Origin: Callorhinchus milii
Taxonomy: Eukaryota
Reading direction: 5' to 3'
Assembly (NCBI RefSeq): GCF_018977255.1
Contig: NW_024704743.1
Coordinates: forward strand, 90,460,001 to 90,524,000
DNA: 64,000 nt
Part shown: positions 1 to 12,673 of the stretch, one piece after another
Numbering within the stretch: the stretch's first letter is position 1
Layout: each line of letters opens with the position of its first letter
The notes under the pieces: model-generated
The model's database searches: none
What the model was told of the DNA's origin: nothing
What the model saw: the letters and a program-made list of their open reading frames with translations, nothing else
Position numbers and translations under genes: made by a program

Positions 1-1472
1 CTGGGAGCCTGAGTTTGAGGGAGGGAGGAAAGTTGTCAGTAGTACAGTTGAAAACTAATCTCAACTAACCCTAGACAAAGCATTCTGTTTGGTGGACCTG
101 CACAGGAAAGAGACTGAAAACAGAAGCAGCTTTGAGAGGGCAATGGGTCAGTTTTACAGTGGAAACATTTTACATTTTCACCATGAGCTCATAATCTGTT
201 AATAAAAACAGAAGAACAAAGAGCTTGCCGTTTTAACGCACTTCATCACATCAAAGCATCTCAAAGCATTTTACAGTAATTACTGTGATGTAGTGACTGT
301 TTTTGCAGACAAAATAAAGACTAGATGATCATTACTGAGTCATTTCACATACAAAAAAATCACCATATCAATTTAGCCTGCAAAATACAGTGACTACACT
401 TTACAATGTAACCTGTTAAGTGCTTTGAGTCGCCGTGCTGACATGAAAGGCGTTATATGAAACAAAAGGATTATCTTTCAACAGACAGATTGCTTTCAAA
501 ACAAAAATTCAGGTGGTTAATCAAGGCTCTTCTGTATTATTTTCAGCAGATTCAGAAATGTAACCAAACACTCACTAATTAAAACCTGGAGAGGCAATGA
601 GTCCAAGGTGGTGTGAAATAAACTTTGATTGATTAAACTACTGTATATTAAATAAAAACTGAAGAGGCTACATACAGATTTTGCAATTTACTTTCATTAC
701 ATGCAATGCCACAGAAATATAACTTTATACCTAGAGACATTTCAATACATAAGAATACTTGCAGAGAATACTTGATGAAACTGCACTATAAGGGTGGAAT
801 TAAATTAACATCCTAAATAGCTGTAAGTCACATACGACTTACTTCCTTACACTCTACGTACTTGCACTTAGTCTAGTGTGTGGGAATAACTGCACTTTAA
901 AAAGCAATTTATGATATGAACTAAACTGGTCTCCTTGCATTGCACCTTTCCCTTGTGCCTCTGTTCTGTTCTTCCATTAAAGCCTCATATTACATCCAGC
1001 CTGAGGAGGAAACGGAAAAAAAAGAACGAGACTGATAACAGTCCTAAAATAAATATAAATTTTCATCAGTGAACAATTAAAAGTGCGCATGTGAAAAAAT
1101 GCCAACAAAAGGTTATTGAAAATGATTACATTCTTGAGCAAACAAAATATTTCAAATACCTGGTGTTAGGTGATATGATCAGTGACCACCCATGTAGGTC
1201 CTAAAATACTCACAAAAAAGCAAGCCTTATGTGCTACCACTATCTATAACTGCAGCACTGATGAATGTTTGGGTTGGAATGAAAACGCGAACAGTATTAA
1301 AATACTGCTGGACATTGGCTGTCGCATTTATGCACAAAATGCTCCGTCACTGTACCTTATAGTACATCCTTTGAAAAGCTGAGATATCTTCCTGATGTTC
1401 ATTACATGCAAGGATCATTATTATTGATCATAATTAATAAACTATTCTGGAATGCACAATTTCTTACGGTAC

Positions 1473-2492
1473 CTGATTTGGGCATGGAATATAATAACCC
1501 TGACATTTGTCATAGATCCACGTTGTTTCCCAAGTTGTTCGGAGGGCTTGCTCATAAATATAACATCCCAGGAGAGCAACCAGAGGCACCAGGTAGAGGC
1601 CGCTGAACACACCGATTCGGATCATGAATTTCTTCAGTTTGCCCTGGTTCGGCCATCATGCTGCATCACCTGCCGCACGTGATTTAAAGAGATAATTCCG
1701 GCCAGTAGCAGGGTCAATCCCACCACCACACAGAGGCACAGGGGCATCAGGATAAAATATCGCAAAGCGTTCAGATCGTAGAGGCCGACAAAGCACACGC
1801 CGCTGATATTGTCGCCTTCAACTTTGTTCAAGGCCAGCAGCATTATAGTGAGTATTCCAGGGATTCCCCAAGCAACAGAGTGGTACCACACAGCTTTCTG
1901 CTCAATAGCTTCACAACTCCACTTCATGCCTGCAGCGAGGAACCAGGTAATGGTCAAGATCACCCACCAAACGGTTCCCGCCATGGTAAAGAAATACAAC
2001 AGCATGAAAAGGACAGTGCACCCTTTGTTCTGCGCTCCTAGCACAACAGTCTCCTCGGTGCCCAGCTTCTCATCTGCCTTGTTGCATGCAATGCTGTTCC
2101 CTGAAATAAACCCAACAAAGTACATCAGCGATACGACACTGTAGCACACTGCGTAGAAGATGATCGGCCGCTCCGGGTAGCGGAACCTTCTGACGTCGAT
2201 GAGGAAAGTCAGGAAGGCAAAGAGAGTCGCACACAGGCAAAAGATGGAAATGACGCCAATGAAACACTTGGCAAAGATCAGTTCATCTTCTTTGAAGTAC
2301 ATGTTGGAGCAAGGCGGCAAACAGTCGCTCACTCCGAGAAATGTGGCGTCGTGGCCTGCGAGGATCTTCAGTTGCTTTGGGCACCAAAAGCCATGATCCT
2401 TCACTGCTGTCTGCAGAGTCTTCTCTGTGACAGGAGAGCTTGTAACTGGTAGGACCTCAGAGCTCTGCTGGTCATTACTGCAATCCTCAAAC
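1473..2492 (-). CDS. FZD6: Frizzled-6, large transmembrane-domain coding exon (third coding exon); 1-nt frameshift near 1648-1650 as assembled
   Basis: Acceptor tttttgtttcaag|G TTT GAG GAT TGC starts the exon at 2492 (phase 2, matching the previous exon). It translates GFWCPKQLK...[18 protein letters not shown]...[13 protein letters not shown]...[13 protein letters not shown], then continues in a shifted frame [34 protein letters not shown]...IPCPNQ|gtaccg (donor at 1472). [24 protein letters not shown] and HVRQV.QHDGRNQ match recalled FZD6 rather than FZD3. Confidence 0.95.
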
Positions 2493-2984
2493 CTTGAAAC
2501 AAAAATGGCCATTAAAAATTTAATTTGGGGATTAGCATGAATGTGCTTTGCACGCAGTTTTTATGTAAAAACCTTCAATCAATTAACTCTTGGCTGAGAT
2601 GAGAAACTTTGCTCCTAAACATTCGTAGTTCACACAATGACCCTGATCTGATTTTCCCTCTAGATATTCACAAACCTTGTGACACCTTCATTTCCACTGG
2701 CTACATCACTCCTACTCCATAAGAGTTGATCCACAATGGTAGCACAGGAGTAGGCTCTGTTCTCTCACAAAGATGTCTAAACATTCACGATAAATTGATT
2801 TGTGCTCTCACTTTACACTAGCTGTGCAAATTAATCACTAGAGTTGCAACAAAGCAAAATAGGGGTGGATTAAATTTCAGTACTAAATCATCTTGAATTG
2901 TGAAACAAACCTAGCAGTACAAGCGATGATATTCCTTCCAAACTTGGGAGAGGAGCTTAAGTTACACAACACTAAATTGAAGAA

Positions 2985-3290
2985 TAACACTTGTATGTAA
3001 TATAGCGCTCTTCATGTCAGGAGGATGTTTCAAAGGAGCTTGACATGACTTACTGTAAAAGTGTGGTGACTATATATTTTGTAGGAAAAAGTTGCACAAG
3101 GCACTGTCCCACAAAAAAACATTAAGTAAATGACCAATTTTATTTGGGAGATTGTTGGCCAGGATGTCGAGATAAATTCTCTGCTCTTTTCAAATTGTGT
3201 TATGCATCTTTTAACATCCAACTGAACAGGCAGAGGCAAGTTTGGTTCAAAGTCACATCCAAAGGATTTCACCTCCAACAATGTGCAGGT
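2985..3290 (-). mobile_element. Family A (Deu) SINE fragment in a FZD6 intron
   Basis: Shares acatccaactgaacaggcaga and the L2-like tail with other family A copies. Confidence 0.7.
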
Positions 3291-3743
3291 GCGTTGTGCA
3301 AGTCACCATGTACAAAAAGTGATGCTGACGTCCTTTGCTTCTTGTAGCCGGCAGGTGCAGCGCACAAAAGGTCACGTTAGCACCATGTATTCTGCATAGT
3401 GCGTATGAGCAGGAAATTACATCAACATATAGCTTCCTGGGCAGAGTGTGTATGCAGAAGTAATGTCAACATCAACCTGATGATCTTCAGGTCAGACATT
3501 GTTTAGCACCAGAAGTGAAGTTTCAACCTGCGGTTTAACTCAAATCCACAATAGACTTCACAATAAGGCAGAATTTAACCAGTGTTCCCTTTAATAACTA
3601 ACCCTAGTGACTACACTGGTTATCGAGTGACATGAAAATAAGTAGTGCTGAATGGCTCTACCGTCTCTCTCCAATTATGAAACAGAAAAGCTAAGCGACA
3701 GGCACCCTTTAACCTTCACACAGAAAGACGTTTCCTCTCTTAC

Positions 3744-3940
3744 CGATCACATTGAAGCTCCTCTGGCCAGGTGATTCCAAATGTGTCTATCAATTTCTCA
3801 CAGTCCCGCAGAACATGCTCACAATGGTTTCTGCACGGTGGAATGATCTGAAGGCTCTCGGTACATGCTGGCACAAACGCACTGCATAAAAATGTCTTGA
3901 CTTCCGGTGAACAAAGAAGATTGATCAGTGGAAGGAAAGG
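3744..3940 (-). CDS. FZD6: Frizzled-6 second coding exon (C-terminal part of the cysteine-rich domain)
   Basis: Acceptor ttgcag|CCT TTC CTT and donor TGT GAT CG|gtaag; 197 nt, phase 0 to phase 2. Encodes [66 protein letters not shown] with Frizzled CRD cysteine spacing. Confidence 0.95.
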
Positions 3941-6900
3941 CTGCAAGAGGCAATGAAAATAGTCATTAACTGCACCTCAATGGATAGAAGCATTCCTGAT
4001 CATCTGGGAGTCCTGTTCACTAATCAATGACTCTTATTGGCGTATGTACCCCTGAACACACACATCAGGTGAGGATCAAGACTGGCTGTGATACCCCCAG
4101 GTTGAATAACCTACCAACACTCACTAACTGGATCCATACATGAAGAATGGCAATTTGGTTGAGAAAATGCCGGATTAATACTCAGTGCATGGGTGTATAA
4201 ACTGAAGGACAACGCAGAAGGTTATTGTCTGACTGATCTTTTGAAATACAAGAGAATCCAGAATTATCAGTTACATTATTTATAGCAACTACAAAATGAG
4301 TACTGTTCGGTTTAGTTTTTCCAATGGTCGAGATAGAATCATTTCTAAGAGATTTCCCAGGATTTTCAGGGGAAATTTTGTTGCTAGGATACAAAAGAAA
4401 TGTAAGAAATTCAATAGTAACTTCTATTATTAACCCAAGTACTTTCAATGAAAGCTGCACTGTGTATCTGACACAAGGTTCTGATGCTTGCTCTTTGTTT
4501 GAAAAGTGAAACATTAGCTACTCTATCATGTGTTGAAAGATCTGATTAACATCACTTATACCACCAGGCTTGGAGCTGGCACTGCATACTGTACGTACCT
4601 TTTGTAGTGGAGGGTTAACATTACAGTGACAAAGCTTCCAACATTTCAATTTATTCCACTGTTGAAAGAACAACCATTTCCTCAACTCAACCTGCACCCC
4701 AGACTCCATAGCATGTCTGAAAAGTACACCAGAATGAAGAGAGCTTTCTACAGCAATGGTAATTCAAATATACAGAATAGTCATGGGTCGCAAACATGAA
4801 TCAAATAAAAATATATGAGTAGAATAAATCATAGTCTGCAAAATGGTTTGTTCTCTGAAAAACAAACACTTTGCCAAGAGGATAAATATCACATTGAAGA
4901 CAGAAGACTGACGTTCTAATAGCCTTGGCGTGATATCCTATCAAATACATCTGAGGGCAGTGTTCACTGGCCCACTGCCAATAAATCAGTTATTCCATTC
5001 TTTGGCTGTAATATTCAAGATTAAATCAAAATAACCACATCTGCCATTCAAATTAAATTACACCATAGGGGAGGAGAAAATTAAAAAAAGAGTGCATCTA
5101 TAGCCGATTGAAATCTGAAATGGAGAGGGTCACTTGTAGACACCTCCACATATCACACACATAAGCCAATCTTACAGAGCGCACAGAATGCTTCAGTGGT
5201 CCGCTCTACAGATTTAATGTTTATTATCAGCTGGGATACCCCACATAAAGGAATTAATTAACCTATTGCCCTCCTCAAAACAATCTTTTGTTCAAGAACA
5301 GAAACAAACCAAAACAAAATACCCATAAACTGTGAAAACAAGAACCAGTCACTTTGGAAAGTCTATTCTCAGTGAACAAAGCTATTTAGAAAAAGGATTA
5401 ATCCTTTCTGAGTTTGTCCTACTCTCTGTAAGAACCTAAACCATTAACCTGTGGAGAAACATAGAACCAACAATGGGGCTAAAAAAAATGTTTGTCAGCC
5501 TGTTCATGTGGATCTTAAAGATCCCATGACACAACTTGATAAGAAAAGGGAGTTTCTCCTGGTTTCCTAACCAATAAACCCCCAGATAAAATTGGTCATT
5601 CGCTTGTTGGCTTTTTTTGTGACACTGCTGTATGCAAATCCTTTCAACTACAAAATACAATCACTAAACTTTACAGTAATTCCTGTGTGTAGTTTAAGGC
5701 ATCTCGACATCACAATAAAAGCATTATATCAAATTGCAAGGCTTATTATTGTCATAAGGTAATATTGTTTCCACAGGTAAAAGATATCTGGCTGAATTCT
5801 CCCTATTTGTTATGAGCAGGAAAGAATTTCACCTGTGACGCTGTAAACCAAACACAATATCAATTTACCCAAAAAATAGCTTTGACCTTCAATTTTACCG
5901 TTGCCACAGGAAACTGTTCAATGTGACTATTGACTGCTTACATTTTAATCACTTTCTGAATTTCCATTCCCTACAGTAACATGTTTTTATTGCTGAGCAA
6001 AAGAGAGGACAATTGTAGCTCACTCATTATTTAATGATTATTATTCACCTCTCAACCACCTTCTACTCCTGACTGAGCTTAAGGGGCATCTGAGACTCTA
6101 GTGGGAGAAACCTGGCAGATAACTACTTCAGCTTCAAAGTAATGAATCTGAAGCTCAGCTACTTCTTGTAAAGATTTCTACTGCTGCCCTTGATCTTAGT
6201 TCCAGCTGATCGCTCTTAGAGAAAGGACCTGAGGAGTTAAGCCTGGGTTCCATCAAACATCTGAATTAATTAGGATTATCACAAGAAAGAGAGGAAGGTT
6301 AGAAGAAATTCTTTTGCACAGATGATTGCTAGAATATGGAGTAACTTACCAGGAATGGCTGTTAAAGCTGAGAAATAGAATATAAAGTGGGAACTGAACA
6401 CGCGAGGGAAATATTAATGGCTCTGGGGAAAGAGCAGGAGAATGGATTCATGTATTGGAGGAGCTAGAATTATAGAAAGTTTACAGCAAAGGCCCAGACA
6501 TGAAGGGCCTTTGCTGTAAACTTTCTGGAATTCTACTTAAAAGCTAAATGATAATTTTGAATGACAGCTCTCAAAATTAGTGCAACTCACAATAAAAAAA
6601 AATTCTGATAGATCGGAACAATTTACCCAGTTTCATTTTCTCATGTTTAAAAGCTTGTTCGGTTTTGCCCTGGCTAAGCATAATGTTTAAACTTCTGGAT
6701 CAACACAGCACTGTCTGCTATTAATTACCTTTTATGAAATTTAAAATGTCCTCCTTTCTTGCTTAGTTATCTCATTAGTTTCTGGTTTCCAACTGAATGC
6801 CAAGCAGTATTGTATGTGAAATACTGGGGCACTATTACTCCAGTAATATTAAGCCAGTGATATCCTGTACTCAGCTTCTAAGAATGTAACTTATCTCTGC

Positions 6901-9900
6901 ACCTATCAATCAATCACGTGAACTCGCCAAGAACTGATGTGCAAACCACTGCCACAGCCAAAATGTACCATCCTCACTTTGTGAGTGGAGATTCTGACCA
7001 GGGGATTGCAAATACTCACAGGGACGCATTACACTTTAAACCACAGACATTAAGCGGTTTTACATAAATCGCTTTCAAAGATTTCCAAGAATTCTTCTAA
7101 TCTGTCTAGCTCGGAACAAAATGAAACATCCCATCACACATTCTCTCCCTCCCCCATCCATCCGTGTAATTTTATTGTATCCGGTGTACCAACTGACTCT
7201 GCACCGTGTCAGTTACATAGAAAAGACATCTTTAACAGTGCTCATTTATAATGATATCTTACACCAGATTTTGCAGTTGACCCTTTCAAATCAAGAAGAC
7301 ATCACAAAGTTCTTCACAGGAAATGCAATAAAGTGCAGTGACTCCCCATATCCCTACAGGATCCTTTCTTTCAAATGCCTGTCCACCTCCCTCTTGAAAG
7401 CTACAATGGACTCCGCCTCTACCATGCTGTTCAGGAGGGTTTTCCATATCCCAACTACTCTCTGAGTGAAAACAATTCCTAAATTCTCCTTTCGCTATTC
7501 TTGCAGCGATCTTATAACTATGTCTAACCAGTTCTGGCCAGGCTCCACTGGCTCCCCATCACTGAATGGATCGACTTCCAACATCCTTTGCACTCGCACA
7601 AATCCCTTCACCTCTCCGACCTCCTCACTCCACCACCCGGCGCCTCCGCTCCACTGGCACCGGCCTCCTGCTCATCCCTCGCACCCTCTCAGTAAAGGCT
7701 AGCTCATTTGTTAATAACTGAAACAGCTATCAATTGGTGCAAATGGAAAATAAACAAGTAAATAATTCTACGCCTATAAACATGCAGCTTGGCCCATCAT
7801 TAACACTGTATCCGCCATTATCTGGTTCATCTGTAGTGAAGAACTTCTGATCGCTTGGGGCGAGAATGAAATCTTGATACTCTTTATTTTAAAGACAACA
7901 TTATCCTAGCCATTCACTTACTATGGGGAGGGGCAGAGCAGAAAGGAGGAAAGCACCTAATACTCTTGCTTTGTGCATATGCAATCCCATCTTCAATTTC
8001 CAAATACATATATAGGGTATTAGCAGTCAGTGTTTGTGTGGGCCACAGCAGGCAACATTATACAAGTTTAGTTCAATGGAACAAAAATCTCCACACAGAC
8101 AGTATTTTGGCATGCCTTTGAGGTTTCCATGGTGAGGGCTGCAATTTATTCTCACAAACCAGTTTTCAACGGAGCAGATTCCCCACTTTATACAATCAAA
8201 CAACTGGCACAGCACAGTTGCCTTTTTTTGTGTGTAAAAAAACAGCTCTAATCTTATCTGTTGCAACGTCAGAGCATTTCTTATTCAGAACGCACACAAA
8301 TAGACTTATTCTGCCCAGCAAATGATTTATCTTTAAAGAGGTATATATGTCCATATAGACCTTATAGTTCCAGTTGTGCCTGGGCTATATAGGGCAGTTA
8401 AATAGATACTGCTGACTATCAACTAGAAGCTCACAACAACAACAAATTATATTTGTATAACGCCTTTCATATCGGGAGGACGCCCCAAGGCACTGGACAG
8501 TCAGAGATTTGGATTCGAGCCGGGGTTTAGGATCAGGAGGGTGAAGGGCAGGGAAGGTAAGGATAGGAGGGTGACCAAAGGCACGGTTGAAGAGGAGGGT
8601 CAAAGAGGAGGGTTCAAAACCCTCAATCCGTCACCCAAGATCCTTATCATAATGAATTGTATGTCTTTGTTGGGGATAATTTGCATGTTCTGATCAATGG
8701 ATGGAGCATTCTGTTGACATTCCAAAAGTTGACCCTCCCCATCAACCCAACCATTTGTGCCAATCTGTCTTAGTTGGTAGGACTCTCACCTCGGGGTCAG
8801 AAGGTTGTGAGTTTAAGCCACATGTCAGGACTTTGAGCTTCATATCCTCCAGGCTTCATGTCTGCTCTTTTGTGTCTAAATTTCTACAGGTAACTCACAA
8901 CAAGACAGAAGCTCTACTACGCAACCCTTATCAGCCTCCTCACCTCTGGCACTGATCACATTGACTGCACAAATACTCAGTCCACCTCATAAGAGCTGCT
9001 GCGGAATCTCAGTGCCTTGTTCGTTCCCCAATTGTTTTTCAAAGCCAGGCTCTTACTTGCTCAACTTTCTCTCGGGTTCGCAACATAATTCCCCTTCAAT
9101 ACCACTTCTCCCCAGCAGCCGAGACCCTCTTTCACACTTTTATCACTTCCAGTCTCAATTATTCAAACGCCTTGCTTGTTGGTCTTCCCTATTCCTCCCT
9201 ATATAAGCTGCACACCATTCAGAACCCTGCACCCAGTGTCCTCTCTTGTACCAGGCTCTGTGAGTTCATCCCTTCATCCTCACTCAGCTGCATTGACTCA
9301 CCATCTCTCAGCAGATTCAATTCAAGGAGGTAAGAAGAGAGCACAGAAAGGAACACTATACACGAGGTGACTTAAACATGAATATGCTTTTAAAGAGCAG
9401 TGGTGCTCTTTAAAGATGAGGTAAGGATGGAAGAAGGTAGTCTTGGATCAGCTCAGGATAAAGCAAAATGTCAAGGTTACACAATATCTGTTCAGCCTGA
9501 GAGAGCAGCCAGGGATGTTGATGGAATCAGAGCCAGAGGCACACAGGTGCTGGCAAGAACCAAACAAGATGGCTTCAGTCTCGTTAATGTTCACATGCAG
9601 AAACTTATGGTTTGTGCATACAAATATTTTTCCATTTCTTATTGCTGGTCATACTCCCACTCTATTTGTCTCAGTTCCCAGATCTGTTTACTTCGTCAAT
9701 TCGCTTCTCACCTCCTATTCATCTCCCTCAGTTCTATGTTTGGAAAAGTACTGTGAAAGACTCAGAACTCAGGATCCACTGCATTTCCCAGTTTTTCTCC
9801 CCAGGGGCTGTTGCAGGATTGTATCCAGTTTGATCTATACAGGTTCTTTATGTAAAGTACTCCTTTGTGTAATTTTGGCACTCCCGATTAATTCTGTCTT

Positions 9901-10361
9901 TGGGTACCATTGTGCTGCAGACATATGCATTATACAATACTATATATAATATTCACACACCACACACATTTACTTGACTGTCTGCATATAGAAAATCATC
10001 ACAAGAAGTATAACAACAATTATACAGCAAGCAGAGATCACAAAAGCAAGACTGAGGTTTACTTGTACTTTAACCAGGACATAAATTTGCACAAGTATTG
10101 TACTTGGCACTTATTGGTAGTGCTACATCTCAGTGGTCAGCACACGGATGAATCTGGACTGTAAAGCACAAGAGTTAATAATACCAGGACACATGCATCA
10201 GGAAATCTTGACCTTACTTTGTAAGGTACATCTGTATATCCTGTACATCTATGCTTCTCCTCCACTTTTCTCTCTCTCTCCCTCCACCCCTGATTTTTGG
10301 CCACCTTTAATAGTCATATTTAACGACAATGTATGGACAGTAAACTGTAACTAAGTCTTAC

Positions 10362-10550
10362 CTCCATTGCAACTGCAGCAATGTCCTGGTCATAATGTTC
10401 CAACTTATTGGGGAAAAATGTCATGTTATATGTCAGATTCTGACACCGATAGATGGTTATGGGTTCACAGGTGAACATACTGTGACCTAGGGTCAAAGGT
10501 ACTCCCAGCAGGGCTAAGAGACAGATCAAAATCAGTTCTAATCCTCTCAT
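10362..10550 (-). CDS. FZD6: Frizzled-6 first coding exon (signal peptide and start of CRD)
   Basis: ATG at 10550 (acaATGa); 63 codons MRGLELILICLLALLGVPLTLGHSMFTCEPITIYRCQNLTYNMTFFPNKLEHYDQDIAAVAME, then donor GAG|gtaag (phase 0). Hydrophobic signal peptide followed by the FZD3/6-type HS.F.CEPIT motif. Confidence 0.95.
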
Positions 10551-10794
10551 TGTGGGAATACAATGAACGAACTTCAGATGTATGATTAATGTTACTTTAA
10601 TCTATCTTCAAGCTTTAAGAAACAGCAGGAACATCTATTTTTATTCACGCTTGACGGGTGATGTTCAACCACCTTCTTTCTTATCCTGGTACATTGCATT
10701 AACAGTAGATTGATGCACGTTACGTTCAATCGAATGCTTTTGAAATGCTAAAACTCCAAAGGCTCATTGTGTCTTCACCAAGTCGAAATTAATC
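10551..10794 (-). other. FZD6: Probable 5' UTR portion of the FZD6 start-codon exon
   Basis: Strong acceptor ggtttttgttttgcccccag|GATT at 10794. A second acceptor-like site (ttcctgctgtttcttaaag) near 10613 makes the boundary uncertain. Confidence 0.5.
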
Positions 10795-11403
10795 CTGGGG
10801 GCAAAACAAAAACCATGTTTGAAGTCAGTGCATTACAGAACATTTGTACCCAATATTCACAACATAATCATAGACATAACTAGATGCCACTTTTTTTCCC
10901 CCTTAAAGTGTTCACATTGAAAATCCCCCACACAATGAGCTATTGTGGAGGAATTATTTCCAGTGGTCCTGCTGGGCATTGGAAACTTGTGAATTCAGAT
11001 AACGTAAGTATGATGGGCAGAAGAAAATCCCTACACTGCAGGATGGAAAAAACATTTGCAAAGAATCTTTAAAAGGAATCATCATCACATTATTAAGCTG
11101 TCGGGAAAGCTACTCTTCCTCCTCTCTCCCAGCCCCATGAAAATATGCAATATTAAGATTTTGCTTGTACATGGCGTTAATACAATAACAACAACTTGGG
11201 TGTATGTGTATATATATAGCAACCTTTATGCGGGTAGTGTCTCGGGACACAGTAATATCAAACAAAATACCAAGCAATTACAGAAAGTATGATTATTTAC
11301 CAGTTTATCCGGTGAGCAGTGAAGACAAAGACAAACACATGTGGCATTTGATCCCCACTTTTGAGTTTGCAAATTATCAGCAGGAGTGCAACGACTGCAT
11401 TAT

Positions 11404-11523
11404 AAGTGCCCTCTATTCTTAGGTAAAGGAGGGTGGGAAACTTTCTGCTCCTCAGTGATATAAAAAGTGCCCTCTATTCTTAGGTAAAGGGGGTGGGAAA
11501 CTTTCTGCTCCTCAGTGATATAA
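11404..11523. repeat. Tandem duplication, two copies of about 60 bp
   Basis: aagtgccctctattcttaggtaaagg(a)gggtgggaaactttctgctcctcagtgatataa at 11404-11463 and 11465-11523, differing by one indel. Confidence 0.95.
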
Positions 11524-12159
11524 CCTATCACTTACTGCCTCTTACGCCACCTGGTTCGGATACTTTTCAGCACAGTGATGGGTTCCTACATGTATCGGAC
11601 ACCTCAGGAGACAGGGGAGCATTGGATTTCAGCTCGGTTTGCGCGAAATAACCTGACAATTTTTTTTATATCAAAACCCACACATGACCGATGGCTACTT
11701 TGGTGAGCTATCAGCAGGAGGAACCGCTCGTGGAACCCTACCCCGAGTCAACGGTGCTTCGGGAGGTCCTCCTGACATGAAAAACGTATTGCATTGTGCA
11801 GAAAAGAAATTAAAGAGGCATTCATTTTTTTTGGGGGGGGGTGGAGGAGAGAGAAAATTTGCAAGGAAATTGAGGTGCATTGTAAAAAAAAATTTAGATG
11901 TGAAGTTAACAGCATTTGTGTGTGTGTGGGGGGGGGGGGGGAGAGTGGGGGGGAGTGAGAGAGAGAGAGAGAGAGAGAGCACATTACTGACCTCACTGTT
12001 GTTACAAGAGTTACTCAGTGTTACAACACAACACTGGGCGATGGTGCTGCAGTGAAGTACTCCGAGTTACTCCCGATTAAGTGCTGAGGCAGAGGCACTG
12101 CCTCCTCCCAACACAGGCACAACCCGCCCGGGCCGTCCCCACAGGAGCTGCTGCTGCCC

Positions 12160-12245
12160 CCACACACACACCCCACACACCCTCACACACACACACCCAC
12201 ACACACACACACCCCCACACACCCTCACACACACACACACACACC
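12160..12245. repeat. Imperfect (CA)n/(CACAC)n microsatellite
   Basis: Directly visible CA-rich simple repeat. Confidence 0.9.
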
Positions 12246-12622
12246 CCTTTGGGATTGAAGCGAGAGCCGCGGCTCCTCCCTCCCTCCCTCCCTCCCTCTC
12301 GGGGCCCCGAGCAAACACACAGCGAGGAGAGGAGAGGCCACGCACACACACACCAACCAACCAACCAACCAACCTTGTGGGGGGTCAAACAGCCGCGGAG
12401 AGGGTTGAAGGCGCCGCTTTGCAACGAGGGAAGCGACAGCGTTACCCACAACGCTCCCCCTGAGTGAGGGAGTGAGTGAGGGAGTGACTGAGCGGCTGTA
12501 ACCTGTTGCTGCCGCTCGCGGTGCAGGAATGGAATCCCGGCCCAGATCTCACCCCACAGGAGCGGAGCCGCTCTCCCCCCCACTCCCCCACCACACCACA
12601 CCACAACCCAACCACCAGGGGC

Positions 12623-12673
12623 GCTGCTGCTGCTGCTGCTGCTGCTCCTCATCTCCAACAACAACAACAACAA
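12623..12673. repeat. Adjacent trinucleotide repeats (GCT)8 and (CAA)6
   Basis: (GCT)8 at 12623-12646 and (CAA)6 at 12656-12673. Confidence 0.9.

Noticed and set aside
1258..1290. Hammerhead-like CTGATGA...GAAA string (similar near 19779-19812)
   Set aside because: No convincing stem II or flanking stems; likely chance.
1..1472. FZD6 downstream exons (TM7, KTxxxW)
   Set aside because: Not found by eye on the minus strand; presumably before position 1.
1406..2396. Plus-strand ORFs overlapping the FZD6 exon
   Set aside because: Antisense shadows of a real coding exon with no recognisable protein features.
1634..2512. Complete single-exon 292-aa Frizzled gene, or FZD3
   Set aside because: The ORF start lies in the intron upstream of the 2492 acceptor and its stop results from the frameshift. 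Diagnostic residues match FZD6.
11404..11523. CRISPR-like array
   Set aside because: Only two abutting copies, no spacers, eukaryotic context.
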